The notes: generated from the letters alone by a model not told the origin. Numbered from the stretch's first letter, positions 40,536 through 53,887 are shown. The stretch is DNA of 64,000 nucleotides from Octopus sinensis (GCF_006345805.1 NC_043002.1:44888001-44952000), one strand, 5' to 3'. Program-made: numbers and translations.

Positions 40536-40678
40536 AAGGGGCTGGTGACACAATCGTTTCATTCACACATTGAGTTTGGTGATACTAGTTGCGGATTCTA
40601 GCTCGCTCTGATACTGAGTTGAGTTGGTGCCTTCTAGTATCTCAAAATTCAATATATAATCATTTATGATTATAGTAT

Positions 40679-40785
40679 TCTACGCTGAAGAGAAAAGAAG
40701 TTTCGGTAAGATAGAATTATTTAATATTTAATATTTAATTCTTATGCTTTCCTAAAAACTTGATTTCGAAACGTACGTCCGTAGA
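40679..40785 (+). ncRNA. type I hammerhead ribozyme with greatly extended stem II
   Basis: TCTACG | CTGAAGA 40685-91 | GAAA-AG-AAGTTT ... AAACTT-GA-TTTC | GAAA 40768-71 | CGTACG | TC | CGTAGA; perfect 6-bp stem I, canonical G10.1-C11.1, GUC triplet. Confidence 0.8.
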
Positions 40786-41074
40786 TAACTTAAAAATGTA
40801 TGATAGATTGCCGTCAATTCATTCTCCCTTACCTGTTTGTGTCTGCCTTCCAATTGCTGTCTTTACTGAGATCTCCCTTTTTAGTAGAAGAAATAGCTAT
40901 AACTCTTTGACTGCTATTTCTAAATTCGGTATGTGGTAAGGCAATTCGTTGCTAAACCCTTTATTGCTTAGTATTACTTAAATTTTCCTCGAATGAGGCT
41001 TTTACATGCCGAAGACTACTTGGTGAAATTGATAATTATTCCAAATTAATTAATTTCACCCTTCATTATTACGG

Positions 41075-41218
<144 letters not shown>

Positions 41219-41305
41219 ATATTGATAAAAATGGTAAGACAACAAAAGAAAGAAACCTCGATATGTAAATAGAGGAATTTATCTGTAAATGTAATATGTA
41301 AAAGA

Positions 41306-41386
<81 letters not shown>

Positions 41387-42246
41387 GGAAAAATAAAAGT
41401 TGAAAATGCACTGAGAATAGTTAAAATATTTTTTATAAATATATTTAAAGCTTTAACCGGTTTCACATTTTAGACTGATTTTCAAAATGCTCAAATAGAA
41501 ACACGTAGCTTATGCCACAGCCGTCTTGCTTCTGACTAATGTTTGAAGCCTGCCCTACTTTTATAGGGAGTTCATGGCTCAAATTATTATATGTTTTGAT
41601 TAGGATTCGATTGGTAGAGGATAGTCACATGACTGGTCTTCGAAATTTTTGACAGTTCACCGCTACGTCCGTGTGTGAGCATCAAGAGACTATGCTTGGC
41701 GTCGTAAGTTAAGGCTGACGCGGTTGACTGAACATGTACGCGTTGATGTTGAAATTGTAATGAAGGAACCTTGGATCTAGTTTAGAAACCGGTCCTTTCT
41801 CCATTGGCAAGAAATCTAGAAATAAAACGGAACAATGAAATACATACAAATTTACACAAACACTAAGAAATACTGGGTTTTTCGAAAAAAGAGCAAAAGA
41901 AAATTACTCTGATTCTCCAAATCTAGTCTCTTAGCAGCACTGAAGATTTGTAAGACATTCCAAAAATTCTCCAACTGAGATTCTTTGGATGAATAGTTGC
42001 ACACACTTTGGTGTATGCAGCAAGAGTTCAACCAACACACCAACTCAACCACACATTTATAAACACCGATAACTTTCTTATCTCAAAAACTGTTGACACT
42101 TTGTTGGCGATTGTCTCGTAAGAAATTAAATAAAATTGAAGGCACAAAAGCATGCACATGCATACATACATACATACATACATACATACATACATACATA
42201 CATACATACATACATACATACATACATACATACATACATACATACA

Positions 42247-42783
42247 TGAGGGCTGCAAACTTGTGTTCTAGTATTACCATCGCCTAATCGGAAGTCCTAC
42301 TCATGCGAATGTTACGACCAGCCAGTTGTGTGATAGTTCTTAATTTTTTCAAGTGATGACTGTGCATGATGATTTTGTTTTTATTGTGGGGAAAGAATTT
42401 GCACAAATTCAATCCCACTCTCTGAATATGGACGACATAATCTCGAAAAGAAGGACAAGTCTACATCATTTAGTATTGATAGTGTCGCAGGTTTTCTCCC
42501 AGAGTTCCCTCTCCTAGAGAGAAATTGTAACAACAGAGGGGCTTCCCACTCCCTGTAGGCCAACTGCACTTACATACATGCATACATACACATGTACACA
42601 TGTTGGATGGCCGTTGACTGCACATGAGTTCTTCTGCCATTTGACAGGTCTTATTTTTCTTCCAACGATCACCCTCTTCACCAAGAAAGCTTGATGGGGT
42701 TGCCAGTCTAGTTGCCGGCGACCCGACCATGCTACAGGTTGTACTGGGTTACATGTTACGAGTGCCACCCAAAAGCGACCTGA
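42247..42783 (-). mobile_element. about 540-bp element embedded in (CATA)n; resembles an RTE-type 5' UTR
   Basis: (CATA)n on both sides; minus strand carries CTAGGAGAGGGAACTCTG..AAACC, like a motif I recall from RTE 5' UTRs. Confidence 0.45.
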
Positions 42784-44389
42784 CATACATACATACATAC
42801 ATACGTATGTACGATGTCTAAGCATCCATTAGTCATAAAACACAGCCACTCGTATATTTTTCAATAGGGTGGGTATATTAGTTATTTATACAATATAATA
42901 TTTCTTCATTCGATTTTACCAAACTTGGTTTGGTACACGAGAGTTACGAAATATCCATCACGATATGCATCAGAAGGGCTGGTGGGAAAAAATAGAACGT
43001 TAGCTCTTTGTTACTGGAGCTCAGAAAGAGTCACATGTTGTCTGCGGCTGTCGTAAAAAGAAAACGGAACGAAGATATCGCGTGAGAAAACACAGAGAAT
43101 AAAATTTCGTCCATTAGAGTTACGTTCGTTTGATTAGTATCGGATTAGAAAATGTCACAACGGTTTACGAGGGAAATCCTTTACAGTGGATCTTCCTGGA
43201 CCCATTATACCTGAATCCCGTTGGCTTCCGGAGGTGAGGAGTGGAGGGTGACAACCAGTGTACATATACACAAACTTCAGACAGCTTACGATCAATCACC
43301 AGTAGTCTGGGCCTTGAATCTCCGAGTAGCAGCACGTAGCAGAACGTAGCAGTATGTACTGTATTAGACTTGAATAGTTGTTATTTCACTCTATTCTTCC
43401 GTATTAAGAACTTTATTTTGTCCAATTGAATTGCAATCACAACACTTTAATACAATCAATCCATTATACGAAAATACGTACACACACACAAACAAAGACG
43501 AATTAATGCACACGCGCGCGCGCGCGCGAACAATCCGAGAAAGCAAGAGAACTTTGCCAAAGTCAGCAACTAATAAGTGCAAAAGAAATATTGTTTACAG
43601 CGTAGAAGAGAAATCAGCCGCAGCATCCTTTCTTAGAGGGAAATTAAAGTGTTTAATGACGAGGAAACTATGATTACCAATACTAAGCTGATATAAACTG
43701 CAGATAGAAATGCAATTACGATTTCCATAACGGAAGTGCATTCTAAGATAATTTCTGAGCAAGACAATCTAACAAAATATCATAAACAAGTCACGCACTG
43801 TACGTATCAATTGTATTTCCGCATGTGTAGTAGTGTGTAGCTCGATTCCATACAATATTTTTATCATTATTTTATTCTTGAAACTACAACGCTTATAGTT
43901 GTTTAGGATGGCGCTTTCTTGCGTATGTATGGAAAATATAATGGTGGGCTAGAAAACTGCTTTGCAACCACGTGAACTGGAGTTCAATGTCTTGTGAAAG
44001 TGTACTTGAGTTGTCTAATGCCTTTTTGAGTGGAATTTGGAAGTAGAAAGTCTATGAAAAAGCATCATATATAGATGTATGTGCGTGTGCGTGTGCATGC
44101 TCCCGTGTGTGCAATGCGTGCGTGGATATTCAATATTGATGACGCTCATAGCAAAAGTTTAGAATTAGTAATTCCACCACCGCTGCTAGGCAGTTTCCAT
44201 CTGCTACTGATTTCCTTTTGTGCATTTTAGCACTACACCTCTACACGAGATGATTTTATGGGACATATATCGCAGTTTTGTGGCTTTCTACTGCATATCC
44301 AGGTTAATTACGATATACAGAAAGCCATTTTGAACTAATTCTACTTCCGTCGATATATCGAATGTTTATCCAGCCTGCCGGCTGTACAT

Positions 44390-46400
44390 AACATTGATGT
44401 TATATCTTATTTATTTGTATTTCTCTTTAAGATTTCCTTAATGTAAACGAGGTCAACCACGTTTTTTTTAACCTAATTTTGGTATGTCTGCTTTGGTAGT
44501 ATTTTGGATAGCATTTATGTAAGATTTCCTGTTCATCGAAAGGTTTTCTTGGAGAAGAAGCCTTTCCTTCTTAACAACTCTACTCATTCTATAATCTGTG
44601 TTAAGTCCCATATTTCGAGATATTTGCATGATAGAACGGATAACTGAACTTACAAAGTTCAGATTTCGACTCCATACAAAAACTTCACAGGACGACTAAT
44701 CCGTAAATGTTGCATTTGATTCTAGTGGAAATATTATGATTGTTCCATAATCTTAAATGCAGCTGTCCAAATACTGTACTTGTCTTTGCCATCCTCCTTT
44801 TTATCTTGATGTCAATATGTTCCTCTTTTGTTATTGTATTACGACTATACATGTAGACTTGCACAGTTGTTAGATTAATTTGTCTTCATGTGTTGACATT
44901 GGGGTTTTTATGGAACAATACTTCTCGTTTTTCATGTTTATCTTGAGATAAACACTTTAGATGCAATGGAAAAAAGTATGTACAATCTTCAGTAGATGCA
45001 GAGGAGTATGAGCAACTAGCGCACTGTCTTCTGTATACCGCAGTTTTCTTACGATCTGAGAAGCTCACATAATTTTTATTCTAAGATAGACGACGCTGAA
45101 GTCTACAAGTAACATTTTATATAAACTCTATCCTCAAGATGGCAGAAGGCCTCCATCAGCATTGCTGCGAGAAGCACAGAGAGAGTAAAATATTCATCTT
45201 TGTTTAACGCATTTGCTACGGCAAATACATCCAATGTACGTCATCTGTTGTTTAGTCTTGATAATGGAATGCATTAAAAAGCAGCGAAGTGGTGGAATCG
45301 TTAACACACCGGACGAAATTGCTTAACGGCATTTCGTCCGTCCTTACGTTATGAGTTCAAATTCCGCAGGGATCGACTTTGCCTTTCATCCTTTGAATAC
45401 CGGGGTCGATGTAAATGACTTAGTCCCTCACCCGAAATTGTTGGCCTTGTGCCAAAATTTTAGACCAATATTCCTCTGTGCATAGCCTCCAAAATGGATG
45501 TGAATTCCTGAATTACTATATTTCCACAATAGCTATTATTGGCCGGACATACCCACATCAAATGATTTTGTAAAGTCATTTAACCTTACGTATAGGGACT
45601 TGTTCTATTCTAAGCTTTACCCGTGGAATTGTGAAATGCAGAACAGCATGTTTGCTATCCTACAATCTACTACCCTTTCTTATACAGGTTGCGAGTTTTT
45701 TGAGAAGGATCTGGACGAATATACATTTTGCCTGCTGGTATTAGATGTTACATCCTTCTATAATTTTCAGCTTGTTATGTTTCACTTCTAGAAAATTTTC
45801 ACAATATCAGCAACTTTTTCTACTTGTGTTATTCACTCCTGCTTTGATCTATGAATCAGTTTCTAGTGACTTCCAGAAAGGCAAATTCGTCATATTTCCA
45901 GCTTTCAGTAGAATCTATCCACATCAGCACACAGCCATTTGTCAGAAACGAGACCCTTCTCCTATTGTTAGTATACTATAGAAGGTTAAAACGTAGGTGC
46001 GCTGCTGAATACCAGTGCCGCAAGATCTTTGTCACCAGGATCTTTGAGTCTATACCTTCAATACTATTTGGAATCATGAAAGAATATAACACCAATTTTC
46101 TCAGGAATACCAACGTCCACAGGAACTTGTATAAGTTTTGACACATTATTCTTCCATGGTATGAATCTTCATTCACCGTCGAAATTTCCTTTCCAGAAGA
46201 GTACTGAAATTATCTAAGTAATAAAGCCATGTTTCGCATAGAGCTATTATATCCATATATGTACTTCTCTAGTTGCATTTGCAGCCAGGCCTACTTTCCA
46301 TGTCACGTAACATAACATTGATTGAGTTAACGGCCTAACATTCACTGAACTATCGTTCAAAGTCTTTCCAAGATAATTTTTCATTAACGATCGTAGTTAT
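44390..46400 (-). mobile_element. heavily degenerate, internally deleted RTE-clade LINE (APE endonuclease + RT C-terminus)
   Basis: Minus: NVRPL, DIIALCETWL, FWKG, SSAPTF (APE; 45480-46360); DSALVAHT, KRRMAKTSTVFGQLHLRLWNNHNISTRIK..LYGVEI (RT; 44500-45070); SINE B inserted at about 45283-45470. Confidence 0.75.
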
Positions 46401-46952
46401 GATCACGCAGTCCGGTCCTTGATGATATAAGCCTTTAACCAACAGGAATGAAGGTGTTTCCGGATTTGATGTACATAATCATAAAGTCTGCTTGCAAGTG
46501 TCTTCTTAAAGCATAGCTAATTTTTACAAGTTATTAACATTTACAAGTCGCTCTTTTATACAAGTCATTCACATTTACACGTCACTAACATTTCCAAGGC
46601 TATTCTCCGAGACGATCTCTCGGAGAGAAACCGTCACTGTTTCTCACTAGCATTGTTTCTCACTAGCAAGAAAAGATCAAGATAAATGTAAGTTGTTCGT
46701 ACCTTGGTTAGTAGAAAAATGTTGAGAATTCTATGCAAACAATCGCCTTCATTGTGGTCTTGTAGCGTGGTTTCAATTCCCCCTTAATCTTCCACACTAA
46801 CGACAACATATACACGCGGATAGTTACGTAACTTTGAAAGAGAAAATATTTAACTCCCTGAGACATTACACACCAACATCTATATACTTATAAATAGGCG
46901 GACATAAAATTTCCTTCTAAGCTAGCATTATTTACATATGTATATATGCGTG

Positions 46953-47026
<74 letters not shown>

Positions 47027-48195
47027 TGAATAATGAATTACGTAGCCAAACTCAAGGACTCCCATCTTCGAACGACTTCTTTCCTGAGATAGTAAATTTT
47101 GATTTGGAGAAATTTAACTATTTTTTTCTGCCAGGTTGAATGACTGTAGTCAACGAGGGAGCCTTTTTTGTATAATACAAATAGCAAAATTGTTATGCAT
47201 GCAAAAATTATATATATGTATATACGTGTGTATAGTTTTATGCACACAAGCAGTTTTATTTGGAACAGGTATAGATTAATACCTTTATACATGCATGTGT
47301 ATTTAGGATATTCTCCCACACACATGCACACACACACAAGCACACACTCACACAAACACACATCCGCACTCAGTTATTCACTGCTCACACACATCAACGC
47401 ACTCATTCATACACGGTTCTATATATGATTATACGTGCATATGTTTAACCTCTGGTAAGAATATGTATGTATTTTTTTTCTGCGAATACTGTATGCACAC
47501 AAAATGATTTCCTTCGCCTATATACATAAATTTATCTCAGCAAACATCACTATTTTCCTGCTAAACTATGGATTTATGTTGATAAAGTTTTGAACTACTA
47601 ACAACATATGTGAAAAAAAGGAAAAAGATAAATTAAGCATAAATTGACTTCAAAAAGAAGGAAAGATGTGTACTTCCGAAGTAAGCAAGCCACCGATAAA
47701 AGATGATTAAGTAGAACTCATAGGCAAGCAGTAAATGAGGGGATATTAATGATCAATTTGAATCTGCGGCATTGGAAACGGAAGATACTTTCTAGGGAAA
47801 TATTATTCGGACGAGTGCAGTTCATTAAATATGTTATACATAGAGATAGAGGATGAAGAGGGAGAAAAGAAGGGAAGTGGAGGAGATTGGGAACGAATAG
47901 AAAATTCACCAAAACTAACGATACGAATCTTATGCATTACTTAAGAATCCTCAAGACACCGCGTTAAAATTATGTTGCTCACTTGAGATAACATATCGAC
48001 TTACATTAGATTTTTTTTTTAAATGAACACTCAAAGCATACATGCACACACACAAGTATACACGTGTGTAGATAAGTATGTATATATGTTAATAAAGTGA
48101 TGTTTATATATAAATGTAATTAAGTCTATATATATATATATATATATATACGCACACAATATTAGTAGCAATAATAATAATTATTATGATTATTA

Positions 48196-48242
<47 letters not shown>

Positions 48243-48279
48243 TATTATTATTATTACTATTATTATTATTATTCAGTAG

Positions 48280-49368
48280 TATATTTTTTATATCGTGCTT
48301 TCACTTCACTACCGAGCGCAGCTCTGTGTGCCTTGGGTATGTGCTGTGATTTGTTGTGATGCTCTGGTGGTTATTTTATGGAAAGTGTTCTTCGTAGGAT
48401 GTGTGCAATTTTCTGTATGTTATATGTGTTTGTAAGTCCTGGTGTTTTTGTTATGTATTTGTCTGAATATTTTTTATCATGCCTAATTATGATAGGAATT
48501 GTTTCTGTTTTTAGATTCCACATTCTGGTTACCTCTATTTCCAGGTCTTTGTATTTTGAAAGTTTCTCCATTTCTTTTAGAGACACGTTGTCATCCGCTG
48601 GTATTGATACATCAATTAGAAAACATTTTTTTTCTTCATGATCTCTGACAACTATATCTGGTCTATTGGCCTTAATTTCTCTATCTGTGCGTATTGGCAT
48701 ATCCCAGAGTATGGTTGCTTTCTCGTTTTCTGTGACCTTTTCTGGTATGTGCCTATACCATCTTTTTTCTGTTGTTATTCCCTAATGTTGGCAAAGTTTC
48801 CAGTGTATATAGGTCCCAACTCTGTCGTGTCTGTGAATATATTCCTTCTTAGCCAGGACTGGGCAGCTAGAGATAATATGATTTATTGTTTCTCGTCCAT
48901 CTCCACATATTCTGCAGTTACTTGTTATATTTCTTTTCATTACATGTTTTTGGTAATTTCTGGTGGGGAGGCTTTGGTCTTGTGCTGCAATTAAAAATCC
49001 TTTTGTCTCTGCTTTGAGTCCTGAGCTTCTCAACCATTGTTGGGATTTTTCTTTGTCTATTTCTTTTGCATTTAGTTTAGTCCAGTATTTGCCATGAAGG
49101 GGCTTTTCTTGCCATCGTTTTATCATGGTTCGTTGCTGTTCTATTTTTAGTTTGGATTTCATTTGTTTTATAGCTTTTGTTGCTTCTTCTTCTTCTTCTT
49201 CTTCTTCTTCTTCTTCTTCTTCTTCTTCTTCTTCTTCTTCTTCTTCTTCTTCTTCTTCTTCTTCTTTTTCTTCATATTTGTTAGGTGGTATGATTTCTTG
49301 TTTGTATTTGTCGCTTCCTTAAATACTGAGAACAGTTTTTTGTTTTGCTCGTGTTTTGCCGCTATTTG
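48280..49368 (-). mobile_element. 5'-truncated R4/Dong retrotransposon embedded in (TAA)n
   Basis: WQEKPLHGKY, FLIAAQDQSLPTRNY, CRICG..ETINHIISSC..RHD, NRPDIVVRD..IDVSIP; 3' UTR runs into (TAA)n at 48170-48275; (TAA)n also at 49370-49455. Confidence 0.92.
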
Positions 49369-49456
49369 TATTATTTATTATTATTATTATTATTATTATA
49401 TTATTATTATTATTATTATTATTTTATCATTATTATTATTATTATTATTATTATTA

Positions 49457-50370
49457 CTGAGGCGGCAAGCTAGCAGAATCATTAGCACATCGGGTGAAAT
49501 GCTTCGCGGTATTTCGTCTGTCGCAACGTTCTGAGTTCAAATTCCGCCGAGGTCGACTTTGCCTTTCATCCTTTCGGGGTCGATAAATTAAGTACCAGTT
49601 ACGCACTGGGGTCGATGTAATTGACTTAATACCTATGTCTGTCCTTGTTTGTCCCCTCTGTGTTTAGCCCCTTGTGGGTAATAAAGAAATAGGTATTTCA
49701 CCCATCGCTACGTTCTGAGTTCAAATTCCGCTGAGGTTGATTTTGCCTTTTATCCTTTCAGGGTCGATAAAATTATTACCAGTCACGCACTGGGGTCGAT
49801 GTAATCGACTAGCCACCTCTCTCAAGATTTTCAGACTTGCGCCTATAGTTGTAAGGATTATTGTTATTATGATGAAAGCAGCGAGCTGGGAGAATCGTTA
49901 GCACGTCGGGCGAAATGATTAGCGGTACTTCGTCTGCTACTACGAGGTCGACTTTGCCTTTCATCATTTCGAGGTTGATAAATTAAGTACCAGTGAAACA
50001 TTGGGTTCGATGTAATCAACTAGTCCCCTCACCCCAAATTTCATGCCTTGTGCCTTTAGTAGAAACGATTCTTCTTCTCTTCTTCTTCTTCTTCTTCTTC
50101 TTCTTCTTCTTCTTCTTCTTCTTCTTCTTCTCTTCTTCTTCTTCTTCTTCTTCTTCTTCTTCTTCTTCTTTTTTTTTTCGTCTTAAGGCAGTGAGCTGGT
50201 AGAATCTTAAGCACGTTGGAGAAAATGCCTAGCGGTATTTCGCCCGTCGATACGTTCTGAATTCAAATTCCGCTGAGGCTGAATTTGCCCTACATCCTTT
50301 CGAGATCGATGAAATAAGTACGGGGTGAACACTCGGGTCAATGTAATAGACTCATCCCCACCTCCTCCAA
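49457..50370 (+). mobile_element. head-to-tail cluster of about five SINE family B heads/bodies
   Basis: Repeated GCAGAATCGTTAGCAC heads and TTCATCCTTTCGGGGTCGAT cores, separated by (ATT)n and (TTC)n. Confidence 0.85.
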
Positions 50371-50410
50371 GATACCCTTGTGGTAATAATTTGAAATAAT
50401 AATAATAATG

Positions 50411-50465
<55 letters not shown>

Positions 50466-50476
50466 TAATAATAAAT

Positions 50477-50939
50477 GCCCTGATGCAGTACCAGGCAGCG
50501 GCTCTCATGGCTTCTCTTCTTAACTGACTTGAAGTGTTATCATGTACATTGTTTTGTCTTGGTATAAAAGATGGGCTACAGCAAATATTCTGCTCAATAC
50601 CACAGATTTGCTTATCAGTGGTTTGACCGTAACCATTTGAGCATGTCCCTTAGTGGCCGATGATATGTGCATCTCTGATCACGAGTAGAAGTAGTGGAGG
50701 AGCATCATAGCCATGTGGTGAGAGGGATTCTTTGGGGTTTGAATGATTCACCTCTGGAAACATGGGTGTTTCGTTCAACATCCTTAAACAACCCTTAATC
50801 AGGGACTTTTGAGTAGGATGGGTTAGCCAACCAGAAGAAAATTCTAACTGGGTCCACCAGCAAGGTAGTCATGATGGGTATACTGGGCGTCGTATATTTT
50901 ACCCCAGTGTCACTTTGATGGCATGCACTGCTCTCTCAC

Positions 50940-50940
<1 letters not shown>
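50477..50940. mobile_element. about 465-bp non-coding element embedded in (TAA)n; orientation and family uncertain
   Basis: Complex, higher-GC segment with pure (TAA)n directly on both sides (50390-50475; 50941-51068). Confidence 0.6.
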
Positions 50941-51012
<72 letters not shown>

Positions 51013-51069
51013 CAATAATAATAATAATAATAATAATAAATAATAATAATAATAGCAATAATAATAATC

Positions 51070-51280
51070 CTTTCTCCTGGAGCACAAAGCTTCAAGTTTG
51101 TTGGGTGGGGACTAGTCGATTATATCGACCCTAGTGTATCACTGGTACTTAAATTATCAACCCTGAAAGGATAAAAGGCAAAGTCTACCTCAGCGGAATT
51201 TGAACTCAGAACCGAGCGACGGGGGAAATGTTGCTAAGGACTTCGTCCAGCGTGCTAACGATTCTGCTAGCTTGCCCCCT
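51070..51280 (-). mobile_element. SINE family B
   Basis: GGATAAAAGGCAAAGTCTACCTCAGCGGAATTTGAACTCAGAAC..CTAACGATTCTGCTAGCTTGCC. Confidence 0.8.
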
Positions 51281-51294
51281 TAATAATAATAAAC

Positions 51295-51325
<31 letters not shown>

Positions 51326-52117
51326 CAACAACAGTAATAACAACTACAACAACAACAACAACAACAATAATAATAATAATAATAATAATTATAATTATAA
51401 TAATAATAATAATAATAATATTATAAACATAGATGTTTGCGCGCGCACACACAAACACAGACATGAAATAGCTTATTTTGTAGGTCTATGTTCTTGACTA
51501 TACTAAACATGCACTAAATTACGGATTCAATTCTGACTCTAGTATCAAAACGATATTTAGTATTGTGTTGAGAAGTCAGTGTCAGTGAAACATCGAAGTA
51601 AAAAGTCAAAAACGGTCGTCTATTGCATATACATGTGTGGCGGGGCATAAGTGGTCTCTGTAAGGACAGAGAGTTAGAGCGATCAATACATAGATATGAA
51701 TGGATAAGCATTCTTCCACAATGAATAACGCTTCAGATAATATATATATAGTCAAGAGCTTACCAATGTAATTATACATAGAATTTTTTTTTTTTACTTT
51801 TTGTTCTTGCCACACGTATACAAACTCTTATAGTAGGCATACGTACAGACAATTACGAACATACTTTTAGCAGTACATATCGAATGTACCATTATAAAAT
51901 ACGGTATATTCGCTTTTCAGCAACAAAAACAAATATTGGAATAAATATAAATATTTTGACTTATTTAATAATCGAGCCCTCGATACTTGACCGGAGATCC
52001 CAAGTGAAGGAGATGTAGGAAGAGAGAAAAGGGAGGGAGGAAAGAAGGAAGGAATATTAAATAAATAATCTTCATTCTCCAAGCTCGCATATATGCATAT
52101 ATATATATATATATATC

Positions 52118-52154
<37 letters not shown>

Positions 52155-52172
52155 GTATATATTATATATATG

Positions 52173-52248
<76 letters not shown>

Positions 52249-52256
52249 TATATATG

Positions 52257-52301
<45 letters not shown>

Positions 52302-52305
52302 GTAT

Positions 52306-52376
<71 letters not shown>

Positions 52377-52802
52377 GCCAGCTTGGAGAATCCTTACAGA
52401 TATGAAGATTATTTGTTTATTGTTCCTTCCTCTCTCCGCTTTCCTCAGAAAACAAGCTCCTTAAGAATGTAGTATATATAATACGATACAAGAGAAAAAC
52501 ATACAGAGTGCATAAAGTTGTAAAGTTACAAATAACGAGGAAAATATAGTATGATAAAATTTATTTAACCGTTGGAAATTTTTATATAAGAATTGTTTTG
52601 CAGCTTAAAAGACATGGACAGATAATATGTTTTATTATAATTTATAATTAGTAATTTCTAATGGTTAAATGAAATTTATCATACTATATATAATATAGAT
52701 ATACATATATATACATAATATATGATATAATATATATATGCATATGTATATATATATATATATACATATGCATATGTGTATATATACATATATTATGTAT
52801 TG

Positions 52803-52844
<42 letters not shown>

Positions 52845-53045
52845 ATTTATTTATTCATATGCATACATATATAAATACATACATACGTATGTGTATATAT
52901 ACATTATATAAATATCTTATATATCTTATTTCTACTTTCATTCTCTTATTTCACCTTTCATTCTCTTATTTCCCTCCATATTCACTATCTTCTGCTTTTC
53001 CATGATAATTCGAATTCAAATATTTCCTCAGTTAAACCTTCCCAC

Positions 53046-53096
53046 ATCGTCTCTGATGAAGGCATATCCATATTATTCCAGAAACAATTGTACGAC
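53046..53096 (+). ncRNA. degenerate type I hammerhead motif
   Basis: GTCT | CTGATGA 53053-59 | A GGCATA..TATTCC A | GAAA 53081-84 | CAATTG | TA | CGAC. Confidence 0.5.
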
Positions 53097-53267
53097 TATT
53101 TCCTTATAAATGTCCTGAAAAGTGCTTGGTTTCGTTATCTCATTCTATCTAATATATATATGTAAAGTTAATCCAAACATGAAAACACCAAGAGAAAACA
53201 CAACAACGCGAGGACGTGGAACAAATATAGTATTATTGAACGCTCAGGAAGGAAGGGAAGAAGGAGG

Positions 53268-53303
53268 GGTCTACGTTTCGAGCGGAGCTCTTCGTCAGAT
53301 ACG
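53268..53303 (-). ncRNA. minimal hammerhead core, stem I damaged
   Basis: Minus: CTGACGA | A GAGC-TCC-GCTC | GAAA | CG | TA. Confidence 0.5.
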
Positions 53304-53384
53304 TAGGAAAAGGAAAGATCCACAGAAGGGAAGACGGAGGAAAAAAATCGCCAACGGTACACACGCAGTCACATTTTGAATGAT

Positions 53385-53441
<57 letters not shown>

Positions 53442-53529
53442 ATGTGTGTGTGTGTGTGTATATATATACACGCTTATTCATGTACGTATATATGTATGTG
53501 TGTGCATATGAAAATATATGTGTTTGTGA

Positions 53530-53581
<52 letters not shown>

Positions 53582-53585
<4 letters not shown>

Positions 53586-53886
53586 GTCGTCTGATCAATA
53601 AGTATCCGGACTGTTGCCATAGTAACGAAGCACGCAGAGTGGAACCGCTTGGCAAAAATTGACCTTGAACTCTGCTGTGCATGTGCACTATGTTTTGAAC
53701 TCTCCTTTGCAGGTGTATTAGCTCATTTATACTATTTTCGGCAGTGCTTAGAAGGAAGGTGTATAGGGCGTGATCGTCACATTGACCATCACAATGAAAT
53801 TTGTCATGGCGATACCTGTCCAATGGCCTACGTAAATTCGTATAATCCGCACACAAGTGAACGAGTGATTGATACGTTTCCAAGAT
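53582..53886 (+). mobile_element. 5' end of the same mariner family as 24651-25512
   Basis: CACGTCGTCTGATCAATAAGTATCCGGACTGTTGCCATAGTAACGAAGCACGCAGAG. Confidence 0.75.
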
Positions 53887-53887
53887 G

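Noticed and set aside
46600-46660. Two adjacent hairpins TCTCCGAGA/TCTCGGAGA and GAGAAAC/GTTTCTC upstream of the RTE remnant
   Set aside because: No catalytic core or pseudoknot could be assigned.
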